Assembly (NCBI RefSeq): GCF_009834535.1
Contig: NC_045697.1
Coordinates: 80,664,001-80,728,000 of the forward strand
Direction of reading: 5' to 3'
Source of the DNA: Camelus ferus
Taxonomy: Eukaryota
DNA: 64,000 nucleotides
Position 1 is the stretch's first letter. Each line of letters starts with the position of its first letter. Below the pieces are notes generated by a model, which saw only the letters and a list, made by a program, of their open reading frames with translations, searched no databases and was not told where the DNA came from. The position numbers and the translations under genes are program-made. Below, piece after piece: positions 51,003 through 63,320 of this stretch.

Positions 51003-52974
51003 CATAAAGAATTAACTATGTTTCACTTCTCCCAGAGTTCTATACCTTTTTAAAAAAATTTGAGCCCATTTTTAAGTTTTGGTAGAGTCTCTCTCCTGTT
51101 GATTGTCAGCTGTCACTTATTTTTAAGAAAGTGTGTCTGTTTTTAGCTGTTATTCCCTGATTTCTAATTTGTGTTTCCTAATCTGTCATAGGCAGGAAAA
51201 CCAGATAATCAAGCCCTGCTGACCTGTCAACAGAAGACACTCTGGGAATTGTTCAGTGGCTCTTCGTATATCCAGAAATCTCTTAAACTGGGAGACACAA
51301 AAACAATACGTTACTCTTACAATTCTGCAGGAAAATTCTCTTCAACGCAAAATGAAATCTCAGGACGATGATGCCCCCAGTCTCCTGTATTTTGTTTGCA
51401 GGTGAGCTCTCAGGCTTCTATCCAGATTTCATTAATACTTATACTTTACCTTTTGAAGAGTTTTTTGATTCAATAACAAATGCATGCCTTGATTTAATTC
51501 AGAACTGTTGCAAGGAGAAAGAGGCAATTACTCTAACCTAAATTTTTTTTTTCAAGAAAATTTCTTCCAGTGTGTTTAGCATCTAGGCTAATATTAACTC
51601 ATTACATCATTCATTTACCTACAGAAGTTTTACTTGACTGATAGTAAATCTGCAATAAATGTTATTTTGAAGTTTGGAATGATAACACAAAGTTATTCAA
51701 GAAGCGTATTTTGTTGTTCACATCCTACAAGTCTTTCATGTTCCAGCAAAAAAGAAACAGATGAAAATAAAACCAACAATGATCAGAACAGGGAGGTATG
51801 GAAGTAAGCAGTTAAAACAATACAATTAACAGGTGTAAATCTTTTCCCTCATTTTATTTGCTTTCCCATCCTTTCCAGTTTTTCTTATTCCTGTCATCTA
51901 CTTTGCTCTTTATTCGTTTTCTTCCTCATTATATTTTTATCTTTTTTTTTATATCCAGTTTTCTCTTTCTTCTTTCTTTCAAATAATGCATTTCCTAAAA
52001 ATATGCTTTGTCATTATTTTATCTTATCCCATTCTACCTCTTTTACATTACATTTTAGTGGGTTTTTGATTCTGTCTTTTCAAAAGCTGCATCAGGGATC
52101 AAATAAAACAAAATGCAGCAGTATTTCAAAGATGAAAAATATTATTAAAACTGCTAGCCTCAAGGAGATATTTTACATAAATATGTCTTGCAGTCTGACC
52201 TCAAAGTCAGCCAACTGGGCATTTTGCCTGACTGAGGGAGGCAGAGACTTGAAGGATGGGAAGGTTTTGTGGCTTTTTTCACTGCAGGCATATGCTTCTT
52301 TTAACCCAGAGGTAGCAAAGGGAAAGGGTAGATACCAAACCATGAAGAGTAGGCTGGTGAAATTGTTGAAAATTTAAATATGTATTTATATGCAGCCAGT
52401 AATTTAACTTCGATAAGTGACTCTTTGACCTTTAACAAGTAACATTTAGTTATAGGTGCATTTAAGTCCCAGGTATATCAGACTTGCTTGTAGTTACATA
52501 AGTACCCTTATACCGTGATTCAAACCTAAGATTTCTTCTGTGGATCAGAAAAGATCTTTAGTACAAAATATGTTGAAACCACTAAGTAAATTTAGATTGG
52601 AGAAAAAGTAGTCTGTGAGTATTTCAGATAACTAAGATTTATGACCAAGGTAATTTTCTTCATGTCCTCAGTAGGAAGGATCTCTACTTTGTCCAAAATA
52701 ACCCTTTAAAAAATATTAGAAATGCTGCTGCTGAAGATGTTAGCAATGATGGTCCAAACTCTCTCCTCCTTTTTCTTATTCTCATTCTGGACACTACCTT
52801 GCTTTCTTGTGTTCTTAGCACCCAGCATGCAAACAAAGCAAAAGTTGCTGTACATGATGAGAGTATGATAAATACGTAAAGAAAGCAGTGGTAATGCTAT
52901 TCCCTCCAGCCTGGGTTTACAGCACTGGTATAAAGACTTCTTTCCCAAGTCAACATTAAAAATATAAATAGAAT

Positions 52975-53135
52975 GGCAATAGATCCTATACTGGCTCTAA
53001 CACTGAGTAGCTGTGTGACCTTCAGCAAAAATTGTTTGGTTATTAAAGGAATGGTTTCCTCATTTATAAAATGAGATGATTGTAATAGATGATTCCAAAA
53101 GTTCTTTCTAAATGTAACATTCTGTGATTCTGATG
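52975..53135 (+). mobile_element. MIR (MIR3/MIRc-like) SINE
   Basis: ctggctctaacactgagtagctgtgtgacctt...ggtttcctcattttataaaatgag...attctgtgattct. Confidence 0.75.
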
Positions 53136-53216
53136 CAACAGGTAGAATGGAGAAATTAGAAGGTTGTTACCTTACTTTTTAAATTTCTAAACTCCCTTTG
53201 GAGAGTAGATTAGTAC

Positions 53217-54726
53217 AGTTTCACTTCCTGAATGGTGGCATTAGGAACTCTATGGATCTGTCCTCAGGAAAACAATCATAATTGGTAAAAATTGTAAAAA
53301 ACAAAACAAAACATTAAAATCTCTGGAAATTGTGCTAGGCACATGCAGAAAGTGAGAAAACATTTCTTTGAAAAAAAAGAAAAGACTGAATCTTGGTAAG
53401 AAGAGTGAGTGTCTGTGGCATGTGAGCCATGACCCACTCCTTCCCTCTCCACCGCCTCCAGGTGGGTGTGGACAAAAAGGTGAGACTCAGGGTGTCCTCA
53501 GCTCCCAATCAAGGTATGCAGTCTCATCTGAAAGGCAAGCTGCTAACTTTTCTCATTCCCTCCAACTCCAAGTTGAAGAGGCAAAATTCTGGAAAATAAA
53601 AAAGAGGCTAAGACGTTGTAGGCTCCTTTCCTTCATTCCCTTCCCATGCATAGAGTGGAGACTCCACTCCAGGTGTGGCAAGGTGAGAACATGGGGGTTC
53701 AGATTGCCCCTGCCCACTCACAGGGTGGAGGTTCCATGCTGGAAAAAGATCAGATTCAAAGAACACTATCAAGAAAGGAAAAAGACAACCCACAGAATAG
53801 GAGAAAATACTTACAAACCACGTTTCTCTTAAGGGATTAGTGTCATGTGAAGAACTCTTACAACTCAATAAAAAGGGCAATGCAATTTAAAAATGAGCAA
53901 AAAAATCTAAATAGATGTCTCCAAAGATGATATACAAATGGCCAATAAGCACATGAAATGATTTTCACCATTGTTAGCCATTAGAAAAATGCAAATCAAA
54001 ACCTTCACAAAACACTTCACAAAGATATAGCAATTGTTCTCAAGTATATGTAGAAATTGGAACTCTTCGACACTTTTGGTGGGAATGCAAAATGGTGTAG
54101 CCACTTTGAAAAATGGTCTGGCAGTTCCGCAAAAGTGTAAAAAGTTGTATTACCATATGATCCAGCAATTCCATTTCTAGATATATATCTGAGATAAATG
54201 AAAACATTTGTCTACACAAAAACTTCTACAGAAATGTTTTTGGTGGCATTATTCATAATAGCCAAAAAGTAGAAACAACCCAAATGTCCATCAACTGATG
54301 AACAGACAAAGTGTGGTATGTTTATACAACTAAACAGTATCATCAATAAAAATTCATCAATTAAAAAAGTGAAGTTTTGAGACGTGCTGTGCTGCAACGT
54401 GGATGAACCTCAAAAACATCATGCTAAGTGAAAGACACCAGTCACAAAAGACTGAATATAATAAATCATTTTTATGGATTGCCCAGAATAGACAAATCTG
54501 TAGAGACAGAAAGAAAGTTGCCTCAGGCTGAGGGAGCTGTTGGAATGAATTGGGGAGTGACTGCTAATAGATATAGGGTTTCTTTTGGGGTGATGAATAT
54601 ATTCCAAAATTGACTGTTGTGATGGTTGCACAACTTTGTGAATATACTAAAAACCATTGAATTGTACACTTTAAGTGAATATTACGTGGTATGTGAATTA
54701 TACCTTAATACAATCTTTATAAAAAG
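53217..54726 (+). mobile_element. Internally deleted old L1 (L1M4/L1MB-type): ~540-bp 5' end fused to ~970-bp 3' end
   Basis: 5' terminus cacttcctgaatggtggc. Switches at ~53755 to tcaaagaacactatcaagaaag, then an L1MB-like 3' UTR. TSD gtagattagtac (53205) / gtaaattagtac (54727). Confidence 0.75.
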
Positions 54727-54759
54727 GTAAATTAGTACTGAGACTAATGTGTTTAAATT

Positions 54760-55985
54760 ATACACTGTTCCATTTTGCTGTTTGACTTTCTACTTACCTT
54801 ATAGTGTGGTTACCATACAGAATTTTTACTAAGTTAAAATTATCAATAGTTTTCTTTATGGTTTTTCTGAATTGTGTCTTTAAAAAGTTTCTTAAAGCAA
54901 AATTGGATTAAAGTTCTCCTAATTTTTGTTCTAGTAATGTCACAGGTTTTTCTTGTAAGTTTAAATCTTTGATCTATCTGGAATTATTTCTTAAAAAATC
55001 TTTTCTTCCTGATTGGAAATTAAAACCACTTTTGCCACCTTATGCCACCTTTTTCACATCCTACCTGCTGACATTTATTTAGGACTATCTATTTCTGAAA
55101 CTCTCCATCTAATTATGAAACTACAGTACATTCTTTTTAATGATTATAGCTGCCAAATGAATTTTAATGGTGAGTAATTATTGTCATAAATTGCCTCATT
55201 TCTAACATTTCAGAATTTTCATGGATTTCCTGGAGTGCTTATTTTCAGTGTAAACTTTTAAATCAGTTAATCTAGTTTCAAAAATGGATATGAAATAGTC
55301 TTTTGTTATTTTTAGAGTCATATAAAATATGTAGGTTCATAGTTTAGACATCTTTAAAATACTGAGTGTTCATGTATAATCAGAAATATCTTTTTATTTA
55401 TTCAAGTTTTGTTTTATGTCTCTTCGGGTTTTAAAATTATCTTCATATAGAATTGATACATTGTTAGGTTTGTTTCTAGGTTCTGTTTGTTCTCTCTTGT
55501 TTTTGGTGGCTTATACATGGGATTTCTCCCCATTTTTTTTTCTGTGAAGTTATCTGTAAACAGAGAAGTTTGACTTCTGTATATTAACAACTAGATAATT
55601 TATTTTTTTATTAATTTTACTTGATTCTCTTGGAGTTTCTAGTTGTAAAAATAATAAAACTTTCATTTCTTCCATAAGTTTTTATGCTTATTTTTCCTTT
55701 CACTTCTCTAATTATATTGGCTGTTACATCCAGAAAAAAAATCTTAAAAAATACTGGTGGAGATGTGGGCAACCTTGTGTTGCACATTAATGGGAATGCT
55801 TTTAGTGTTCGTTCAGTAAGCATAAATATCAACTTGTCTTAAAGACATATGTTTTATTTCATAAAGAAAGTATCCACCTATGTCACAGTTTCATTAAGAA
55901 TTTCTAACAGGAATCAAGATAACTGCAGTTTATTAAAATCTTTTTGATATCAAGGGTCTGGCTATGTTGTTCTTCCTTTGACCTG
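54760..55985 (-). mobile_element. Ancient L1ME ORF2 remnant
   Basis: tttaaatctttgatctatctggaatt, gggcaaccttgtgttgcacattaatgggaatgcttttag (GTRQGCP region in antisense). Confidence 0.65.
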
Positions 55986-56480
55986 TTTGTCAGTTGTAGG
56001 CAACAGATATCACCCTAGCTAGTTAAAGGAGAAAAGGAGTTTGCACCTGATATTTCATGGCTTTTAAAATCTTTTAAAGAGCTGGAGTAGCTAACTCTAG
56101 GTTGGGCTTCTGAGTGCAGCCCCAGACCTCAGCAGCAGACCCACTGCGCTCAGGTGGAAAGCAGTTTGTTGTTGCCTTTCAGCCGAAGTTGTTGAGTCAG
56201 GAAGCTGTGTCCATGGGTCCACAAAGCCCTACCTTGATCTATAGCAAAGCAGATTCTCACTCCTTGCCTCTCCTCCTGCTTAATTCAGTTCCAAATTCAA
56301 TGTCAGAGTCTGATTTGTGTGTCTGATTGGCAGAACCTAAATTATACCCAGCTTCCCAGATTCAAGTGTGACTGGGAAATAGAGATTTTAGACTTCCAGC
56401 CTCTAAAGTACAAGGAAGCGTGCCCCAGGGGGGCTTAAATGGTCATTGAGAGAAGCCGTCTACAAAACCTGCCACACTGT
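55985..56480 (-). mobile_element. Old MLT1 (L/M/N-like) LTR
   Basis: cagttgtaggcaacagatatcaccctagctag...tctgattggcagaacctaa...gactgggaaa. Confidence 0.55.
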
Positions 56481-56899
56481 TGATACAATGAATTATATTA
56501 AGAGAGTTTGTAATATTAAAAGCTTTTCTTTTTTTTTCTTCAAATTTTTAATAATCTTCTGAAGGACGTAGAAAATTATACAGAACAATGTGAGACTGTA
56601 CAACTAAGTAGCCATATAACCACCTAGCATCTGTCTCTGTCTGGACTAACTGTTGCTAGCCCTGAATTCTGTATGTGCCCAAATGCCACTACCTGCAGAA
56701 ATCCTTCTGTTGACTTGTTTTGGTAACCACTTTTCCACCTGACTCTTCCATGGTAGCAGCCTGGGACCCCTGAGACCCACTAGGCCCCCTGCCCTCTGGT
56801 GCTCAGGGGCAGGAACCCACCCTTACCCTCAGCCAGTCTTTCTGTGTTAGAGAGGAAGTTGATGTTATCACCTGTCTTTTTGAGATTTGCACTTCCAAC

Positions 56900-57400
56900 A
56901 GATGTGGGATGAAATCTCTTTGTGGTTTTGAATTTGCATTTCCCTAATAATTAGTGATGTTAAACATCTTTTCATGTGCCTGTTGACCACCTATATGTCT
57001 TCTTTGAAAAAAATGTCCCTTCAGACCTTCTGCCCATTTTTAAAATCAGGTTGTTTGTTTTTTTGTTGCTGAGTTGTTTGAGTTTAGGTTAAATTTCTGA
57101 AAGTGAAATTGTCAAGTCAAATATATATAATTTTTAATTTTTATAGATATTGCCAAATTTTACTCCAAAAAATTGTATTAATTTAATGTCCCATTAGTAG
57201 TGTATAGATGTATTCTCCCCACACCCTCATTAACACTGAATATAATAAAATTTAGAAATACTTCATACTACCCTAGTAGTTTTGAAATATTTTATTGTAG
57301 TTTTATTTGCATTTTTCAAATTGTGTGTAAAACTGAGCAGCTTTTCCTATTCATATTCTTACAGTAATATATCTGTTTTACTAGTTTTGGTATTTATTAC
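56900..57400 (-). mobile_element. L1 ORF2 3' fragments (a younger piece plus an older L1ME piece)
   Basis: gtggttttgaatttgcatttccctaataattagtgatgttaaacatcttttcatgtgcctgttg. Confidence 0.75.
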
Positions 57401-59199
57401 TAATTCTTTTTTCTTACCCTAGCTGATTAACTTTTTATTAATAAGCAACTTTATTTTCACTTTTATTGTTTCCTTCATTATTTCACATACCATATTTGTT
57501 ATTCTGCCCTCATTTTCATATACTGGTAGCTGGTATCTTTTTTCCTTTGAAAGTTTGATCCTCCTTGACCCAGATGGAAAAATAAAACATTTTAAAAATA
57601 AATGATTAACACTGTTTCTTTGGGCCAGGTTTGTCTCACTCATCATGACTGCTCAGTATTCCTGAGATAATTGCTGAACTACCAGTTTATAAGTACCCAG
57701 CTTAATGCTTGGCTGTTCACCTAACAATACAGCATGTCCATCTGGAAATGATTTTCTCTTTTCATATACTCCGCCAAGCTTTTCCAAAGCACAACTTGTT
57801 AGCATGCATACCAATCCACTACCCTTACCATTACGGCATTTGACCTTGAATTCACATTTCCTGGATTTTGTTTCTTTATGTTGTTCAAATCCATACTAAT
57901 CACTTTTCAATGTATCGGTCTTTTCCCCACTATAACAAAGTTTGTTTAAGGACTTTTTAAGAATAGTCACTGTTGTAGCCTTCAGACTATTTAGACCCTA
58001 GAGGCTGAACTCCTGGACAACCCCTGAAAACAGGAGGCATTGATCCATACCACAGTCATCCCAGATGGTTCTATGTCAATTGGTGTTTCACTCATCTAGG
58101 CCTTACCCACAGTCACCTGAAGGTCTGTGTTAATGGAATGGAGAAGCCTAAGAAAATGGAGAAGAAAATGACTTGGTGAGTGGAGACAGCATTGGCATCA
58201 CAAAAGTATAACCCTGGAGTGCAACAGGGTCATGTGGGAGTTTTGCTTGTTAGATGATAGTGGCCCCCAGGATATTGCTGTAGCTTTTGAAGCAGCTATT
58301 CAGCTTGGGCCCTACCCCAAAGCAGTCATTGATGGCCAAGACAAAATTACTATCTTAGAGTAAGTGCACCAAAAATCATCTCCAATTTCTTAAACAATAT
58401 CAGGTTCTTAATATCCCTCAACACCGATAGGACTTCAATGCAGAGAAGCCAAGCAGTCCTCTACTATGTGGTGGCTTCATGGATTGTGGCCTCACCCTAC
58501 ATATATATATCCCTTCTTCCCGAAGAGTGCATGGACTTTAACCAACTGCAGGCTGTTGTCTGTTCTGCTGAGTTTTACATAATTTTGTGGAAATATTCAA
58601 ACAGATGAAGACTTTTATGTAAGGTTTTTCTTTTAGTTCAGGATATTTGCTCATCATAGGGTCTAAGATAAAGCCTACACTTGATGCTGTATTAAACTTT
58701 TGATACCTAGTGGATACTCGTTCTCTGCAACCCAAATGGAAAGGAGAGCCCTTGAGATTGTTTTAACATATGTTAAAAATACCAACTAGAAATGGGAAAT
58801 AAGAATACATTAGTGGACACTTAAAGAAGGAGATATCTTAGGGCAGTGAATAGAATGATGCCAGCAAGGAATACCATCTGACTTCCCACATCGTTCCAGC
58901 AGCCTACCAATAATGTGCTGGAAGAGTTGTGAACCACTATAGAAGGAGCCTACTATTTCAGCAACTATCAGGCATGTTTCAAGAGACTTGGCATGAAAGC
59001 TTCATAAAAAAACAAAAGAAAACAACCATGCTTACACTAAGGGGAAAAAAAAATCCAAGTTCACCAACTGGAGGCAAAGCAAGGAGATGGAGGGGCTCCT
59101 TAGAAGCCATGGGAATAATCTCAGGGGATTTATCACTGCTTCTTACTTTGTTCAGTGGTCCCCCCCTTGTAGCTCTGCTGGATGGTGAGTTGCCCTTTG

Positions 59200-60014
59200 A
59201 AACTGAGTTGGAATTAGCCTTGCTCCCCCAGGCCTGTGCACTCTGGGGCTGTGGTGAAAGTAGCAGCCCTTGTAATCTCTGAATCACTTTTGGGTCTTTC
59301 TTCCTTTCTCATGAAGAATAGCATACATTTGGAAATGAATAGCTCTATGGTCCTGTCCTGTGAAATCCAAGAAGTCTGATAGCTTTTTAAAATTCTGTCC
59401 TGCCTTCTCTGTCCCCTTTGGTTCAAACTGGCAGTATCTCTACTGGTGTAATCCTTTTTCTTCTTGACTTCTGTTGAGATAGCTGATTAAGTTTATAAAT
59501 TGCACAGATGATCTTTTAATCAAATGGTTGTTTAGCCACTCTCTTAGTATTCCCTTCAGAACACATTTCTTTTTTTTTTTTTTTCAGTGTGGATAGGCTG
59601 AGAATTCACTAAACCTTTAAGTTCTGATTCCCTTTTGCTTAACAATTCTTCAATTCATTTCTCTCCTTTTGTATTTTACTATAAGCAGTCAGAAGGGGTC
59701 AAGCCACACCTTCAACACTTTGCTTAGAAATCGCCTCAGCTAAATATCCAACTTTTATCAGTCACAAGTTTAGAACAAAACATACTAGAACACAGTTCAG
59801 CCAAGTAATACTCACCACTTTGTAATAAGGATCACCTTTCCTCCAGTTTCCAGTAGCATATTCCTCTCTTATGTCTGAGACCTTACCAGAATTTCACTTA
59901 ATGTACATATTTCTAGTATGCACTCAAAACTCTTCCAGACTCTACTGATTATCTAGTTCCAAAGCCATTTCCACATTTTTAGGTATTTGTTACCCTGCTC
60001 CCAGTACCGAAAGC
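59200..60014 (-). mobile_element. MaLR internal sequence (MLT1-int), 5' part
   Basis: ggataggctgagaatt, ttttactataagcagtcagaag, cacctttcctccagtttcca, gttccaaagccatttccacatttttaggtatttg; abuts an MLT1 LTR. Confidence 0.8.
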
Positions 60015-60180
60015 CGTCTTAGTCCAGTTAGGCTTCCATAACAAAATACCCCAGACTGAGTGTCTTAAATAACAAAACTTAATTTTTTCATAGTTCTTGA
60101 GGCTGGAAATCCGAGATCAGGGTTGCAGCATGGTCAGTTCTGGTGGTAACTCTCTTACTGGCTTATAGATGGCTACTTTC
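60015..60180 (-). mobile_element. MLT1A-like LTR, 3' half
   Basis: gtcttagtccagttaggcttccataacaaaatacc...gaggctggaaatccgagatcagg. Confidence 0.85.
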
Positions 60181-60353
60181 CTGCTCTCTGCCATGTGAGG
60201 ACACAGAGAGAAGGCAGCATCTCAGGAAGAGAGCCATCTCTACAAAGCAACCATGCTGGCACCCTGATCTCAGATGTCCAACCTCCAGAACTGTGAGAAA
60301 ACCAGCCCCTCGCCTCTGGTATTTTGTTATGGCAGCCCAAGCAGTTTAAGACA
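60181..60353 (+). mobile_element. MLT1A/MST-like LTR, 3' half (opposite orientation)
   Basis: ccatgtgaggacacagagagaagg...catgctggcaccctgatctcaga...cctccagaactgtgagaaa...gttatggcagcccaagcagtttaagaca. Confidence 0.85.
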
Positions 60354-60359
60354 CTCTGA

Positions 60360-61120
60360 TAGAGATCTCTGCCTTGGTTTAATTTTCACTCTTCTGAACT
60401 TCCTCAGTTACTTAGAATTATTATAAAAGTGAAGTAATTTTAGCTTCCTTGCATGTCCCCAAATGTATGTCTTTTGCTTTGTATAAGAATAAAAAATAGC
60501 TAGGATATAATTCATGGATCACGGTTCCTTCCTCTGGCAATCTATTTTCTTTGCTTACCTGAGAAATTTGGTGCTGTTTTGATTTTCTTTTTTCTGTAAG
60601 TAATCTATTATTTCTACCTGTAGGCTTATAATATTTTCTTTTTATCTCTGTTATTCAGCAAATTCCTTAGCTACCACTTTTGAAATTAACCCTATTTCAA
60701 ACTCAGTGAGCCTTTCTAGTTGATTTAAATCTATTTGTCAGGGAAGTTTTCTTCCATTATCTGTTTGATTATTGCTTCTTGCCCAGCTAGCCCTGCGTGT
60801 TTTTAGGAAGCCCTGAATTAGTTCCATGTCTCTTATCTTTTCACCTGTGGCTTCTGTTGTTTCGGCTTTATGCTTTCCCTTGACATCCCAAGATACAATT
60901 TGATTTACAGCATTTTTAAGTTTCATTATTAAAATTAAAAATTTTGAAAACATATTTCTCTTTCCTAAAACTTTATTTCTTTTGTAGTTCTGATTGTTCA
61001 TTTTGCTGTGTTGTAAAATCTGAAGAATTTACATTACAGCTCATTCAAGATTGTCTTTTATTTTTCCAGCTAAATACATCCTCAATGGAAATCACTTTTC
61101 TGAACACTTGGTTTGGTCTA
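60360..61120 (-). mobile_element. Ancient HAL1/L1ME ORF1 remnant
   Basis: gctaggatataattc, tcagggaagttttcttccattatctgtttgattattgcttc antisense ORF1-like motifs. Confidence 0.55.
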
Positions 61121-63049
61121 ACTTCTTACACTATATATAATCCCCAATAAAAATAATAAGCATAAGAAAATCCAACCATGTTGTGGTCCTCATAAGATAC
61201 TTTAAAATTGATCATCAAGTACTATTAATGTTTTAATTTTCCCATAATCCCTGCTTTACTATTGTTGTAAGCACTTGCTTGTTTGATCAAGAAATAATCC
61301 AACGGCATACATATTGTGAGCAGGCTGAGTGGTTCACCTGTATGTGGTAAGAAATCTGTTCAGCATTCTGAGCTGGAACACGCTGGCAGCTGTGAGGTCA
61401 GAAATCTTTGCTCGGATGCTGTTGGGGAGGAACACCGTCTCTCAGACCTCTGAACCTGAGTCCTCCTGTGGGGTAGGAGGCAGGGGCATTCTAATGCTAA
61501 CATCTCCTGGCATTGACCGCCCTCTTCTCTCTAGAATGGAAGCTTCAGATGTGCCTAGGAGCCCTATTATTTTCCAGGAATAAGTTTCACGCAAAATACA
61601 AGTTGAGCTGTCTCTGACAGGATAGGGAGAGAAAGGGAGTCATGGATATGGGCTTAGACAACTCTTTCCCAAGGATTTCTGAAAACATGCTTTCAGGATG
61701 CTTTTTAGGAGATAACATCATTCAGTTTCCATAAAATGAGATGAACAAGGCTCATTTCTAATTTGACAATTTGCTGTCTAAAGAATGTTTCAACATTACT
61801 TGAATTCCTTTCTTTATTGAAAAAAAATTCCTCTTAGGAACTAGAGCTGAAATGGTACATAAAATGATATAGCCTCGAGTGTTTCTTTTGTGAGTAAATG
61901 TTCTTCTAGGACTAGATACAGTTAACTACATTAGTTTAATGAGAAGTCCAATTTCCTATCTACCACATTTGATGTTCAGAATTATTCTGAAGTTATCTGT
62001 ATGAAAACTGGTGATTAGTACAGAAAATTGACTCTATAATTGTTCAAACATTTTGAAATGCTAAATTGTGAGTTTCCTTGGAGATATGTGTTGATTGCAT
62101 AGTTGGTTATTTTGGAATGCTAATTATTTTTTCATCAAAATTATCAAAATGGACACATACATGATCTTCTATTCATCCCATCTATGTCTGTTTCTCTTTG
62201 GCTTGCTCAGATTCCAAATGGAGAAGAAAGTAGAGCCCACAATATTGGCTCCTTCCCAGATTGGTTAAAGGACATACTTTATCCACATCTGACTCTTTTT
62301 ACAGTCAGTGAGTTCTGAGTCAGTGCTCAGCAGCCCCTTTCTCTCACTTTTCAACTGCATTCAAAAAAGTGAAAAATAACTTCTCATAAAAAGGATGTGG
62401 GTAACTGTTGACATTTGAAAAGGAATCTCAGATTTTTGCGAAGATTTTATTCTCTATGTAGAGAATTATTCACATATTTATTTAGTACAACTGAGTAACC
62501 CAAGTGGTTGAACAGTAGTCACAGGGAAGATAGTAGGAGTAATTTATTGCAGAGAGAGTTTTACTCATGCTGGCTTAGAATAAAAAAGTCAATTACTTTA
62601 GAATATCTGAAGAAGATACATAATATGAAATAATGTTAAAATAGGAAGACACTTATTATTCATTCTGCACATTCAGAGGTAAAGGGAATCACATTTAATT
62701 CTTAACTTTGGGGGTCACTTCTGATTCCTATCTCTTTTCCTATGTTTGTCTCATTTCCATGGGAAGGGAGATGCCTTTTTGTACTTGGTAAGATTGGATA
62801 AAAGGACATTTTTCCAGCGTAGCCTTAGATCCTGATTCTTACTCTATATAGAGTACAGGTAAAACATAACCATTTCTCTGCTCCTTTTCCTATAAGCCGT
62901 GCACTAGAATGAAGCAAGATTCAGTGGCTGAGTGGGAGGGGCAGGAATTGTGATGCTGCTCTGTGCCCCACTGGAGTAGGCTGTGGGTCCCCAGGTATAT
63001 AGGTAAAGCAATCCAATTCAGAAAGACAGGTCAAAAACCAGGTATGTGT

Positions 63050-63320
63050 CAGCCTAGGGCCTCTGCTTTCACTGTTCCCTCTACCTGGAATGCTATTTCA
63101 TGCCTTTGCTCAAATGTCCCTTTTATAAGAGACCTTTCAAACCTCCCTACTTAAGATAGCAAAATACCCATTCCTGGATATGCCATATAGTTTATTATTT
63201 CTCATTGTCTGTCTCTTCCCTAGAATGTAAGCTCTGTAAGAATGTAAGTTAACTGCTCGACTCTCAGTGCTTAGGATAGTTCCTGGCATATCTCTGTAAG
63301 TACTTTTTGACTAAATGAAT
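63050..63320 (+). mobile_element. L2 3' end
   Basis: cctagggcctctgctttcactgttccctctacctggaatgct...ctagaatgtaagctc...aaatgaat. Confidence 0.8.

Noticed and set aside
53368..53832. 154-aa ORF
   Set aside because: Chance read-through across an old L1 5' UTR/3' junction, out of frame with ORF2.
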